DNA from: Felis catus
Lineage: Eukaryota
Assembly: GCF_018350175.1 (NCBI RefSeq)
Contig: NC_058376.1
Span: 134,106,001-134,170,000 of the forward strand
Direction of reading: 5' to 3'
Length of the DNA stretch: 64,000 nucleotides
Positions within the stretch are counted from its first letter, which is position 1, and every line of letters starts with the position of its first letter. Under the pieces are notes generated by a model, which worked only from the letters and a program-made list of their open reading frames with translations, had not been told where the DNA came from and did no database searches. The translations under genes were made by a program, and so were the position numbers. Below are positions 1-12,937 of this stretch, in pieces.

Positions 1-1814
1 ATTTTAATAAGACTATTCATACACACACATTAAATCCTTCAATGAAATTCTTTAGGGCACCAAACTCTATTACCTCTGCCATAATGAAATCTCTTCTCCC
101 TTGTTTAATCAGAGGTCAGTTTCTTTTGAATGAGTAAGTCCTAAATATATCTTGAAATTTAGGTTTTGTTCAGTGCTGTTTCCTATGTAGTTGGTTAGTC
201 TCTAGAACTCAAATGGAGGAAAGTTCAAATGAGAAAGCTTAAACAGGATGTTATCAATTAAGTAAATTAAGTAGTTGATCTCAAATTGATAGCTGATATT
301 CTTGTCAGTGGGTCCTCTCATAAAGTAAAATTTATAATAGATACATTCCATTACAACTTTTCTGAGAAAATCTGGTGGGATTTTTTCAGATACTAGCTGG
401 AAAGATGAGGCTAAAGGGTTTATCTCTTTCCTGGCTTTATGAAAACAACTCCAACCATTCCTGTCATTTTTCTGCCTTCTTCAAATTTTCCTATTTGACG
501 CTATTCCCCAAAGACAGCTCAAGCCATGTAAGCACCATACAACGTTTACCTTAAGTGGAATAATTTGAAATACTCTCTGTTTTTATTGCTGTTGTTATAG
601 AAAGAGAGAAGTGATGAATAAGGCACTTGTACTGCAATAGGAACTTCAAGAAAAGGCAAGAATCGTATCACTAACAACCCCAACTTACAACATGATGATG
701 GTCCGACCTAGGGCTGACAATCTTGTGAAACATCTTATAGCTCTCAACTTCATCAATTCGTATCTCTTCAACACATTTTCAGTAAACACTAAAGAGGATC
801 AGCTTGAAGGGGCTGTCAAAAAGCGAAGAATGACAGCATGAAGAGAAAAACCTGGAGCCTAACTCTTGATTTACTGAAGCAACCACACAGTAAAGAGATG
901 TTATGTCAGTATCCCTGAAATGGTAGGTAAGGGAACAATTATTTCCAATTTTCCTTTCAGAAATCAAGTTTATTAATGATTGGAAGTAATTGTGAGGTGC
1001 ACCCAAGAACTATGGGAAAGTCAAACTGTAAAATTAATACAAAGTATCTCCGAACATACAGGTATGCAAAGCCTTCCTCACGAGACTGGGTGGTTTTCAG
1101 GCTAACAAGATCTGACTATATCCCTTACCTGTTTAATATAATATCAAAAGCAAAAAGATGTCAGTCAAAAAGGGTCTGCCAAAGAAGCAGAGAAAAGTAG
1201 TCAAAGAGGCACATATGGGAAGAGCCAGTGGGAGAGGGAGGCTGAGTTAGTGGTTAATGGGCCATGTGCTTTCTAGGACCACAGGAAGACTCTTCTTACT
1301 GTGGAGCAGGTATGCTAGGCTCTCACAGCCTGGTTTCACTAAATATGTCTTCCCATCTGCATCCATCTGATACCAGGCCCTCCAAGGAGCTCTGTGATTC
1401 TGATTGCGTTTGCCACGTAGGCCTACAGTATGCTGGTCATACGTAGTTCAATAACTTGTTTTTTCTCCCTCACTGTAAGTGATCAGATAACAACGTAGCG
1501 TCCATGTAAGTCTGCTACCAGGAAGTGAATGCGGTGGTCCATGGGGCATGAGGATGTCAGTCTTACATACGTCCTATGATAGAGAAAGGAACATATTGGC
1601 TTCACACAGCAGCCTTTTGAGCTCAATTTTGGGAGTCTGTCTCTGAGAGATGGCCTGGTTTTTCTGAGAGTGCTGACAAAGTCAGATTTCTCAGACTGTG
1701 AGACATAAGGTCACAAGTTTCCCACTGTGGTTTTAGCTTTTCCCTTAGAGAGAGCCCTTTCAAAGAGCAGAAGAAGCAAAGCAACCAGAAGCTTCCAGTT
1801 TAAAGAGAGCCATT

Positions 1815-2223
1815 AGTGGCTCACCTGCTTCCTCCTCTTCTTGGGCACATGGCTCAATTACATTTTCTTAAGTTGTATGTGGTTAGAGATAACCAAAGGA
1901 CTGAGTTCCAACTAGGGGAATGTGAGTCAAAGCGATGTTTGCCGCCTGCAGTCCTTTCTGTAAAAACTCCCAAGGACTATCTTCCCTGCTATTTTTCTCA
2001 TCCTGTTGGCGATGTCAATATCCTGGGCAACCCTGGAAGGTTGAAGACGAAAACAGCAGGGCTAGTAGAAGTCCAAAAAGAACTGTGTGACTAAGACGCT
2101 TCCACCCCCGCCTTACAATGTATTGTCACTTGTATGAAAGTTAAGAACATCTACTATGGTAAGCCACAGAAACGTATGGGTTCACTTGTTATAGCAGCTG
2201 GTCAACCTTAACACACTATAACA
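1815..2223 (+). mobile_element. MaLR solo LTR (old MLT1H/I/J-like)
   Basis: Contains the motifs gggcacatggctcaattacatttt...ggactgagttccaactaggggaatgtgag. The 3' end is taagccacagaaacgtatgggttcacttgttatagcagct...aca. Confidence 0.65.
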
Positions 2224-3377
2224 ATGAAAGTGAATGAGCATTGTAGTATGCACACATTTTGTTCTCAAGAAGAAAATTGCCCAAGGTCACCTCCTTTTTT
2301 TCAGCTACTTATTTCTTCATATTCATATACTCATACATTTGCTTTCTCTCTCTCCCCCTTTCTTCTGCATTTCACACTGTCACTCTTAACCCTTTGAATT
2401 GGCTCTCTCAACTGGTTTACTTTCATTTTTTATTTTATTATTTTTTATCTTATTGCCTTCCATCTAAGGGGTAGCCATTATAGCCACATGGTTAAGGAAA
2501 TAACTCAAAGATCATTTTCATTATAGAAATGCAATTAATATTATTTTTATACACTTTCCCCATCACTTTCACTGGGTACACTTCACTTCAGGAATGTGGA
2601 GGCTAGACTTTGCAAACGAATTAATAACAGACCAACTTTCAAATTCAGTATTCAGACCATGAATAAATGTGAAATCAAAAGTAAAAAACTATTCCTGGAA
2701 GGATAATCAAGGTGAAATGCACTGTTCTGTGTTTGCTACACAAGACCAAACAGCTCGTCTTAATTTTCCCAGTGACCACATAGGAAGTGGGGGAAATGGT
2801 GAGAGCGGAAGTAGTGAGCAAGTTCTGTCCCACGAGTCTGCAGGGAGAGCAAGGCCAAGGAGGAAGATTTCAGATAGCTCCAGATTGGGAGTGGGAGGCT
2901 GGAGACTAGTCTGGGCTATGCCACTGAATTCTGGATGACTTTGGGTATTTTGCCTCACCTTCATCAAGCCTCGGGAGGAAATGAAGGTATAATTATATGA
3001 CCTCTAGAGTCTCAACTACCTCTGAAGAAATTGCAAAATGCATCATATCCCTATAACTGAATGTTTTAAAGGCCTTTCTAGTCATCAGTACCACTTACAA
3101 AAAGTACATAATGAGTCTAAGTCTAAGAACACAGCAAGAGGACTGGGATGGAATAGGTATACTTCTCAGTGAAAGGCCAATGGTCCAGAAGATATTAAAT
3201 CATCAGTTTCATTAGAGGAGTTCAGGAGAACTCATTCCTATGAATAAGGGTAAGGCCTGGGTCTTCCCAAGCTGCCCCTGCTAATGGGTGTGTCTTTGCA
3301 GACTCCAAAATTGTATGTGGGCTGGGAGTCAGCCTGAAGACTCTCATCCTGGCAAAGCATTAGAATTGGCTGGATCA

Positions 3378-3560
3378 GGGGTGCCTGGGTGGCTCAACTG
3401 GTTGAGTGTCTGACTCCTGATTTTGGCTCAGGTCATAATCTTCAGGTTCATGAGTTCAATCCCTGAGTTGGAGTCTGTGCTGGCAGCATGGAGTCTGCTT
3501 GGGATTCTCTGTTTCTCTCTCTCTCTCTCTTAAAAATAAATAAATATTAAAAAAAAAAAA
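3378..3560 (+). mobile_element. Can-SINE (older subfamily)
   Basis: Has a ggggtgcctgggtggctca head, (CT)n and an A tail. The TSD is diverged: agaattggctggatca / agaatcaactggatca. Confidence 0.93.
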
Positions 3561-4090
3561 AGAATCAACTGGATCAGTTTTTCAGGAATTACTGGTCTAC
3601 ACCAGGGATCCTTCAACTCTGATTAATCCTTTACTAGTTAAAATGGGGGGGGGTGTGCTTGTACTATCAATATGTGCATATTTATTTATTATAAGCCATA
3701 TGCATGTACCACTTGTATTAATCTATTATGTACATGAGAAAAGATATGTATGCACAATATAATTTTTAAATGAGATAGAGATTGAAATACATTAAATTTT
3801 TCATTATAGTTTGCTTATAATGGTAACTTTTGCTCTTCCTAAAAATATTCGGTTAGCATATATTGCTGTGATTGAACATGCTTCTTTTTGAAAATCTTGG
3901 TTAAATGCTTTTGACAGCTTTTGCCAATGACATCCCAGAAAACTACCATACAAAGAGACATAGGTCTGAATGGAGGAAAGATACTATTGGCTTCCCTTGC
4001 TAAAGTATGGTATTCATTGTACAATTCATCAGTTATGCTAAGATTTTTGTTAAAATAATAAATTTCTATCTTCCTTAATATTAATCAGCT

Positions 4091-4593
4091 TGTATTAGGG
4101 GTCTCCAGAGAAACAGAACCAGTAGGATATATATAGGTATATAAGAGATTTGTTATGTGAATTGGCTTGTATGATTGTTGAGGCTGAGATAAGCTAAAGT
4201 CTGCCATCTGTAAGCTGGAGAACCAAGAAAGCCAGTGGTACATAATTCAGTCCAAGTTCCAAGGTCTGAGAACTGGGGCGTGGTGGGTGGGGGTGGAAAG
4301 AGGGAAGTGTAGGTGGGTGAGTTGGGGGGAGGCCGGGGAAAGACTGGGATGGTGTGCTGGGAAGTCCTGGAATCTCAAGGTCCAAGAACCAGGAGCTCAG
4401 CTGTCCTAGGGCAGAAGATGGATGTCCCATCTCAGGAGTCTGCCCTTCCTCCACCTTTTAGTTCTATTTGTGCTCTCAAGGGACTGGATGATGCCCATCT
4501 ACACTGCCACTGCAGAGACACTCGGGAATAATGTTTTACAGCCATCTGGGTATTCCTTAGCCCAGTCAAGATGACATAAAATTAGCCATCACA
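4091..4593 (-). mobile_element. ERVL solo LTR (MLT2 family), full length
   Basis: Runs tgtattaggggtctccagagaaacagaacc...cccagtcaagatgacataaaattagccatcaca with TG..CA ends. A perfect 5-bp TSD, cagct, sits at 4086-4090 and 4594-4598. Confidence 0.9.
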
Positions 4594-5360
4594 CAGCTCT
4601 TCTTAAAATTTAGTTGGAGGATGTTACATTTCTATATTTTAAAAATCAGATTCAAACCTGACTTCATCTCTTCATTTAGGATATTAGTAACCAAGTTAGA
4701 AAATTCTGTTTCTACAACTTTTTAGTGTACCTTGAGAGTTTTAAATAAGTGATATGCTTAATTTGTCTTTGGCAAGAGCATCACAAATGGATGAAACATT
4801 TCCAAATATTCAAATTTAAAATATTCTAGTATGAATTTCTTTGAAAAAGCTCCCATTCTCTTTCATTATTAAAACGTCACCATTACCTTGAATCTTAATT
4901 TGAAGACACCAATTATATTTATTTTTTCAAAAATATTTGCATGGTAACATATTACAGACAGCTACTTGTCAAAATAGAGGTAAGCCAATTTTTTTTTGCT
5001 TTTTTTTTTTTCAAAAAGAAATTACATTTGGCAACTCTTTTAACTACATTAGCAGAGGATATCTAGTGAACCCACAAGAGATGTCCATGGTCGCTGACAT
5101 CTCTTTGGTATTGTAAATATGTCATCATTTAAGATAACATAGCCCATAAATCGCCTTAATTGGGCATATGGAAATGGCAGTGGGGTATAAGGTGGTGGAA
5201 TCAAAGAGGAGAGTAGGCCACTGTCAGTGCCTTTGTGTGGATAAGTCCCCTCTTCCTTTAGGAGACCTCATAGGTGATCCATGACTGGCTGACACATAGG
5301 CCTCTGAAGCCAACAATATTAACTTGTACATTAAAAAGTAAAGTTCAGTTTTTCATTTTC

Positions 5361-5587
5361 TTTTTTAATTTAAAACATTTTTAATATATTTTTTAAATAT
5401 TTATTTAGAGAGAGAGGGAGCACAGGCAGGGGAGGGGCAGAGAGAGAAGGAGAGAGAAAGAATCCCAAGCAGGCTCTGCACTGTCAGCACACAGCCCGAC
5501 GTGGGGCTTGAACCCATGACTGCAAGATCAGGACCTGAGTCGAAATCAAGAGTCAGACGCTTAACTGACTGAGCCACCCAGGCACCC
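5361..5587 (-). mobile_element. Can-SINE
   Basis: Has a T-rich tail and (GA)n, and ends ...cttaactgactgagccacccaggcaccc. Confidence 0.92.
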
Positions 5588-5697
5588 GCCCCCCCACCCC
5601 AGGTTTTTGTTTGTTTGTTTGTTTGTTTTTGAAAACTGAATATAGCTGGAAGTTATAGCTTTCAGTTTGCATCCTAACTTTTTTTCTCAATCTAGCG

Positions 5698-5868
5698 TCT
5701 GTTTCTTAAAGTGTTGTCCATGGCTGACCAGTTTCGCAAGAGTTACAAATGCAGATTTCTGGATCCTATTGCAGAGCCATCTACACTAGAATGTCTGGGA
5801 GTCTGTATTTGTAACAAGATCTGGCAGGTGCTTCTTTGGCCCACCACGGTTTAAGATCCACTGCATTA
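5698..5868 (+). mobile_element. hAT-Charlie MITE (MER5-like)
   Basis: gtttcttaaagtgttgtcc...aaatgcagatttctgg...gtctgtatttgtaacaag...gtttaagatccactgc. Confidence 0.6.
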
Positions 5869-6034
5869 GATTGCAAGCTATGTGCTGAGGGGACCAGGTC
5901 TCCCTAATTCATTCTATCCCCAGGACCTGGCACAGGAAGCAATAAGCACTTGCTAAACTGAACTGCAATCAAGAGCGTAATTTCTCCTCCGGCAGGAGTG
6001 CTCGAGGGTTTGGTTGGGGGTTATTAGTCACCAT

Positions 6035-6385
6035 ACGTTCATTTACTCTTTCATCCATTCATTCATCATTCATCCACCTGTTATTGTAGGTACTTGGGTA
6101 ACAGAACGTAAAACAGACTAAACACACTTCTGTCATGGAGTTGATAGATTAGCAGGGAAGACAGAAAATCAAAAATAACGTAACATATAAATAAATTATC
6201 TACTATGACAGAAGATGATAATTGCTACGGAAAAGAAAAGTAGGGCAGGGCAAGGGGAACAGGAGTGTTGTAGTGGGAAGTGGGGACAGGGCAGTCACAG
6301 GGTGATTAGGGTAGGTCCCGCTGAAAAGACTGGACCTTCGCAAAGACTTAAAGGAGGTGAGCGAATCAACCAAGAGCATATTCCT
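6035..6385 (-). mobile_element. L2 3' fragment
   Basis: An (attc)n-like tail is followed by gtaggtacttgggtaacag...gtcatggagttgatagattagcaggg. Confidence 0.6.
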
Positions 6386-9104
6386 TTCAGTTGCCACAAA
6401 TCCTGTTCATCCCTCTTTACATGACTCCAGCAAGATTTCTGAGACATTTTAGATGCTATTGGTACCCGGCAAGAGCTCAGTGAATTTTGGCTAAATGAAT
6501 AAAAATACATTTTGGAGGAAAGAAACAATGTGAAGAAATCAAACTATGAAGTTCCTCTTTGAAACCAGGAAAAGCAACCAAGTAAATAAAGATCATATGA
6601 AGATCTCTGGAAGATGTCATTAACAGCAGATGAGGACCCTACTCACACATCAAATGCTACCGTGAAACCCCCTCCACAGAGCCAAACTGGCGCCCCCTGG
6701 AAGAGCTGCGGGCCAGCCTTGCACGCGTGATGGGAGCTCCAGGCTCATCCGAGTGCAACTGCCACTTCCGTGCCTCCGCGAACCTACCTTCCATTTCCCA
6801 GTATGGTCATCACACAAATGATGAAATATACTTAAAAATCCTCGGTGAAAAAATCTTTTGTGATTTTGTGTGGTTTTTGTTTTTGGAACAGATATAACTT
6901 CTTGTCTAAAGTATTTAAATAACACAAAGTTAATTGATTACGGTTACACAATTTACTACTTGAGTGTATTGACTTTTATTCCTATAAAATCAACACATTT
7001 AATATTTTGAAATAGCAATAATATGTTTACACAGCTAATATGCTTAAGGAGCAAATAAAATATTTATTGCGGCCATATTTACTTATATTAAAGAGAATTC
7101 TTTTTTTTTGTTGTTTTGTCAGTTTTAAGTTTATAATCTTTTTGTCATACTCTGTGATCCAGAACTTCGAGTTTCTTCAAATTGTAACAGTAAGACAACA
7201 CAGACACAACTCAAAGTAGTGTTTTTACTTTTTGAATAAGCTACTTCATATACAATAAGAAGAGTAAGTGATTAGATTCTCACAACACAGAGCTGCAAAT
7301 GACTTTTAGAGATTACAGGCTAATTAAAGCCTCATCAGTCACCTATCCCTTTTTAAAAAAAACAACTAATGAACCTGAATCTAAGGCAGCAAAAGGTTAA
7401 ATGATTTCTCTCGGGGTAAAACGGCAAGCCAGCAGTGAAGCGGGGCAGATACTTCATTCCTTGACCTCAGGGACATATCACAAACATATCACTGTAACCT
7501 GTTGTAATACTTTAATGCTTTTACATTTGGGCCCTCACAGTGACTTTCTAAACATACACATACAGGATTAATAGTTGTTAAAACTTAAGTAATCTATTTA
7601 AAATAAATATTCCCCCCCCCCCAAAAAAAAAACCTAGACTTGCCTTCCTTGTGAGATATCAAATAAAAATCAGGGGAATGGTTTGTAGATTTTGTTTCTT
7701 TATTGTTAATCAGAACAGAATTAACCATGGATTCAAGTCTCTTCTTTAGTTATCTGAGGAAAAGTAAATCACCACCACAATTCATTGTTTCAGAGGAGAA
7801 ACCTTCTCCTCTAAAACACAGAATCTTTGCCACAAAGCTTCACAGCTCTCTTCAGCCACCCAAAATAAAAATCACTAAGTTTCCCAAGAATGACTTTAAA
7901 GACTGAAACAAAGACTTGCCCATTCTGAGTAAATATTGTTCCTACAGGTGATTATTTATAGCCAATAAATCCAGTAAAAATCATTGGGATACAATTCTTT
8001 TCACAAGGACTTTTCACTTAAATACATAACATTTACTTATGCTGACTAATAACACAAAAGTTGGAATACTATACAAATTAATGCCAAATAAAAGTCACAT
8101 CTGATGGACTTTTAGAAATGTGTCTGCTAATATAGTATTGCATCCCTGAGTCACTGAGTGACTGTGGATGTAGAACTGCCAGGCCCAGCCTGGGAACTTC
8201 CTCCAGCAATTCTCAGGAGCTTTGCTTATGCTGCTTTCTTAAGATGGAGTAACATCTCCCGAGAAAATTCTTCAAGGCCCAGTTAGAACGCCTCTTCCAA
8301 ATGGAAGCCTCTCTGACTCTACAAATCCAAATTAGCTGTTTTTCATGCAATACTCTCACTCATGTTACCTTTCATAACCATTAGTCATTCACATCTATAA
8401 GGGACTATGTCTTAATCCTGCGGACCAAGTCTCATCCTCTGCCCACAGTAATTAAAAAAAGTATCCGTTGAATTGCATCTTGCTAAAATAGATCCAGAAG
8501 GTCTACTGAGATTACATGACCCAGCCTCTTCCTTCTACAGTTCAAGAAAAGGAGTTGCCCTATAAATACAGCAGGCTGTGACGTAAGTGGAACCTGGATT
8601 CTGTGCCTCCCTCATGTGGCTGCCACCGCATTAGTGCTGTTGGAGATCTAATCCCTGACCTAGTAGAGCTCTCATTTTGGTAGGTGAGAAAGACTCGTCA
8701 GATTCCCTCCTCACTATACAGTGGAGCATAATACTGATGCAACGAAAGCAAAACTGACAGAGATTGGTAGTTTACAAAAGGAAGCCAAGATAGTTTTTTA
8801 AAAGATAAAAGTAATAAATGTTCAGGGTCCTGGCCAGTCTTCCTAAATCAAACAATGACCTACTGGTCAGATCCATGTGACAGTCCCGAGATCTCAATAA
8901 GTGAATGTGCTTTACCAAATGAGGAACTCATTCAAGGAGAGTTCTTAGAACTTCTGGCTGAGACTAAGAGTAGTTTATAATGAGAGGATACCTTAAACAT
9001 GAGGAAGAATCACCACAAACCCAGCAATCTTTAGGGAGTGGCAAAATGTGACCTTAAAAGTGATTTTACTATGTATCAGTGTGTAAAATTGCACAAGAAC
9101 AAAG

Positions 9105-9600
9105 CAATGCAAGCCTTCCCTAGCTCGTCCATTGTCTCAGGCATGCTCCCCCTGCTCCTGGCTCTAGAGCTACTGGTCTTCTTTCAGTTCCATAAACAGT
9201 CTTAGCTCTTTTTCACTCTGGAGTGTGTGTTTGCTGTTCCCCCGTCTGGAGGCTCTTCCCCGTATTCTATGTCTGGCTAATTCCTTCTCCTCCATTAGTT
9301 CTCACCTGAAATGGTTTCTCCTCAGAGAGGGCCTTTTGACGAACCTACATAAATTAGATCTTCACTCAGCCCAGATGGTTCCTTCTCTTATTTTTTAAAT
9401 GATACCCTATTTGTATCCTTTATAACACATGCCAAGTTGAGTACTTTCTTGCTCACTTGTGTATTATGATTATGATAAAGGCCGCATGTTGTATCTATAT
9501 CTAAATATCTGTATCTATCTCTATCTCCCCAGGATCTAAACAATGCCTGTTGAATTCTAGATAGCACACAATAGACTGATTTGTTGCATCAATTAATGAA
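9105..9600 (+). mobile_element. L2 3' fragment
   Basis: ctactggtcttctttcagttcc...tgctgttcccccgtctggaggctcttcccc...ctcctcagagagggcc...aacaatgcctg. Confidence 0.65.
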
Positions 9601-10142
9601 TTCAAAATATTTTTATAAAACAAATTCAGAATTATCTGAGGCCCCTAGGCAACCCTTAACAAGTTTTGAGAAACCCAGTTCTACATTATGAAATGTCTGA
9701 ACACAATAAATAACACATTCCAAATACTGGTTTAAGAAAGATTTTTAGATTACTTCTTTACAGAGTTTTGATAGCCACCAACTTACTTCAGAAGTAAAAT
9801 TTAAGGTTCTTTTCAATGCTAGTCTGTGTCAAAAAAGTATTTCTGATTAAATGTGAAAATATACCAGATTAATCACTAATTCCTAAATATTAATGATAAT
9901 AAACATCCATTTGGTTGTAATCTAATGATAAAAAAAGAATGACATGTAGTTACACGCTCAGATACAAAGGAAAAAAAACATGTTGGTGGGGGCACTAACA
10001 GAGTAAACACAAAAACAAATGATTCTCAAAGAATGGCAGTTTTCAGAGAAATGCTCCAGCTTTTCAGGGGAAAAAAAGGATAAAGAAAACAGAAGTGGCA
10101 TTCTTTCTGAAGCAGAAAATCAGATTAAAAACTAATACTGGA

Positions 10143-10372
10143 GGGGAGCCTGGGTGGCTCAGTCGGTTAAGCATCCAACTTCAGCTCAGGTCGTGATCTC
10201 ATTGTTCGTGAGTTCAAGCCCCACGTTGGGCTCTGTGCTGACAGCTCAGAGTCTGGAGCCTGCTTCGGATTCTGTGTCTCCCTCTCTCTCTGCCCCTTCC
10301 CTGCTTGTACTCTGTCTCTCTCTCTCTCTCTCTCTAAAAAATAAATAAACATTAAAAAAATTAAAACAAAAA
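10143..10372 (+). mobile_element. Can-SINE (SINEC_Fc2-like)
   Basis: Full head, (CT)n and A tail. The TSD ctaatactgga is present on both sides. Confidence 0.95.
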
Positions 10373-10590
10373 ACCCTAATACTGGAAAATCTGAACAGAA
10401 CATCTGATGGGAACATCACGAAAAGTAAATAAATAGATACTGTGCATTCTCTTGAAAGCATCAGTATATGTGGTTTTTAGGTTCTTTATTGCTCAGAGGA
10501 AAAAAAAATGACAATGCCATTACTGTAATGCACATTTTCCAACACTGCCACTTGACTGGTAGTGAGGCCTGGATCCATTCACCATTTTTC

Positions 10591-10826
10591 TTTCTTTCTT
10601 TTTTTTTTTTTTTTAATTTTTTTTAAACGTTTATTTATTTTTGAGACAGAGAGAGACAGAGCATGAACGGGAGAGGCTCAGAGAGAGGGAGACACAGAAT
10701 CTGAAACAGGCTTCAGGCTCTGAGCTGTCAGCACAGAGCCTGACGTGGGGCTTGAACTCACAGACCGCGAGATCATGACCTGAGCCGAAGTCGGCCGCTT
10801 AACCGACTGAGCCACCCAGGCGCCCC
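10591..10826 (-). mobile_element. Can-SINE (SINEC_Fc)
   Basis: Full element with a perfect TSD, cattcaccatttttc, at 10576-10590 and 10827-10841. Confidence 0.96.
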
Positions 10827-11280
10827 CATTCACCATTTTTCAATTCTGATAGATGACACTGTACCAAAGTCATCTGGTATTTTTAAAAAGTTACATCTAC
10901 AGTGGAGATTTTTGGAATTAAAAGAGTAAAAACCTATTAGCTGCATAAAATCTGAAATCTGAATAGCCTTTTTATAATTTGAAAAGGCAAAATTTAATGT
11001 AACTCCAAATAAAAGCCAAAACAGAATTGGCCAAGCATAACAACATTGTACACTACATTTTTATAGTATGTTTCTGTGTACAAAAGAAAGACTATGAAAT
11101 TAAATTGTCTTCTTTCTAGCAATCTTCTTCCATAAACAACAACAGTCACTGCTAAAAGGGTTGCTTGCAAACTTACCAGAAATATTTTTGGGGGAATATT
11201 CCAGTCTTCAAAACAAACAGTAGCTGTCAAATTCTTACTGCATAATCTAAAATGTTAATCCATGTACTGTATTTCATTTG

Positions 11281-11565
11281 NNNNNNNNNNNNNNNNNNNN
11301 NNNNNNNNNNNNNNNNNNNNNNNNNNNNNNNNNNNNNNNNNNNNNNNNNNNNNNNNNNNNNNNNNNNNNNNNNNNNNNNNNNNNNNNNNNNNNNNNNNNN
11401 NNNNNNNNNNNNNNNNNNNNNNNNNNNNNNNNNNNNNNNNNNNNNNNNNNNNNNNNNNNNNNNNNNNNNNNNNNNNNNNNNNNNNNNNNNNNNNNNNNNN
11501 NNNNNNNNNNNNNNNNNNNNNNNNNNNNNNNNNNNNNNNNNNNNNNNNNNNNNNNNNNNNNNNNN
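11281..11565. other. Assembly N-run, the largest of 8 (others: 15690-15821, 28268-28424, 32008-32139, 33562-33728, 48884-49039, 59051-59203, 61001-61140)
   Basis: Read directly from the sequence. Confidence 0.99.
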
Positions 11566-11953
11566 GAATTTGAACAACTAGTTAGAACAATGTTTTTTAA
11601 TCACTTCATATTTTTCAGACTGTCCTCCTTCTATCCCTCTACTCCTTTTAGTGGATTGTTTTTGGAAATCTGCTCAGTGGTTCTAATATGATAAAGACAA
11701 GAAAACAGGAACTAGGATCATGGTCAAAAGAGCCAAGTATAGGAACCGTATTTATGGTGAACAGAGTATAGGATGCTATAAACAGCTATTTGACATCTAG
11801 TCTCTATATAGTATACATTTAAGAAAATTTCAAATAGTGCTAGGTCCACTTATTTACATGGCAGTTTCATTTATTACAGATGCAAATTAAATGTCTATTA
11901 CAAATTAAATAATATTTATGACAAATATTAGTAAATAGGATTCTACTATTTTT

Positions 11954-12177
11954 TTTTTTATTAAATTTTTTTTTTTCAACGTTTATTTATTTTTGGGACA
12001 GAGAGACAGAGCATGAACGGGGGAGGGGCAGAGAGAGAGGGAGACACAGAATCGGAAACAGGCTCCAGGCTCTGAGCCATCAGCCCAGAGCCCGACGCGG
12101 GGCTCGAACTCACAGACTGCGAGATCGTGACCTGGCTGAAGTCGGACGCTTAACCGACTGCGCCACCCAGGCGCCCC
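11954..12177 (-). mobile_element. Young felid SINE (SINEC_Fc)
   Basis: CpG-rich and close to consensus. The TSD gattctactattttt is at 11939-11953 and 12178-12192. Confidence 0.97.
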
Positions 12178-12199
12178 GATTCTACTATTTTTAAAACTG

Positions 12200-12365
12200 T
12201 AGCTCTTGTGTGGAAAGGTGGTTGGAAGACCTGGGTTCAATTGTTGGCTCTGCCACTGACAAGCTGTATTAAATGACTGTCTTAACTTCACCTTGATCCT
12301 CAGTTTGTTCATCAACCAAAAGAGGAGCTGGATTAGATCTCTAGGTTCTTTGCAGTTCTGAAATT
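12200..12365 (+). mobile_element. MIR-family SINE
   Basis: Contains the core gaagacctgggttcaa...ggctctgccactgacaagctgt...cctcagtttgttcatc. Confidence 0.7.
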
Positions 12366-12692
12366 ACGACAGTCTAAGTGAGGTTACTGACTAGATTCTT
12401 TGTTACGTCTTTTTTGTTCCATAACATATGAAGGTGGTAATAGGTTTTCAAACAATTCTGACACACAGCAAATCCAGGAACTAGATGCCCTTTACGTTCA
12501 GGTTGTAGGGTTCATTAACCATCTTGATAAAAATGGCAGCTGACAAATATACAGTTGGTGATGGCTTCCATGGAATGTGGATATGGGTTCTGGAAATATG
12601 CTAGTTGAGTGAGATTCACCTAGATTAGAGTCAGTATGGTACACAGGAAGAGGCTTAGCAAATGAGTCAGAGTTCAATTCTACCATTCTCTC

Positions 12693-12716
12693 TTTTTTTA
12701 AATTTTATTTATTAAT

Positions 12717-12763
<47 letters not shown>

Positions 12764-12937
12764 AAGCAAGCACGTACATGAGAGCGAGGAAGGGCAGAGA
12801 AAGAGAGAGAATCCCGAGCAGGTTTTGCACTGTCAGCGCAGAGCCCAACCTGACTCAGGGGTCACAAACTGTGAGATCATGAACTAAGCCTAAATCAAGA
12901 GTCGGACACTTAACTGACTGAACTACCCAGGCATCCC
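12693..12937 (-). mobile_element. Can-SINE with expanded (GA)n microsatellite
   Basis: About 20 GA units at 12720-12760 lie inside the SINE body. Both flanks share ctaccatt. Confidence 0.9.

Noticed and set aside
3839-4024. 61-aa minus-strand ORF (YNEYHTLAREANSIFPPFRP...)
   Set aside because: It looks protein-like but has no recognisable homology and no good donor site. Its length is within chance expectation.
8561-8586. TATAAATA followed by the CRE-like TGACGTAA as an internal promoter
   Set aside because: These are short motifs in AT-rich DNA with no CpG island or downstream exon evidence.
11177-11246. 70-nt exon-like segment on the minus strand with the strong donor CTG|gtaagt
   Set aside because: The acceptor has a poor pyrimidine tract and there is no other support. 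Isolated good donors (also near 15080, 17828, 35915 and 45761) are expected by chance in this much intron.
11227-11691. ORFs made largely of X, here and at the other N-runs
   Set aside because: They are artefacts of translating through Ns.
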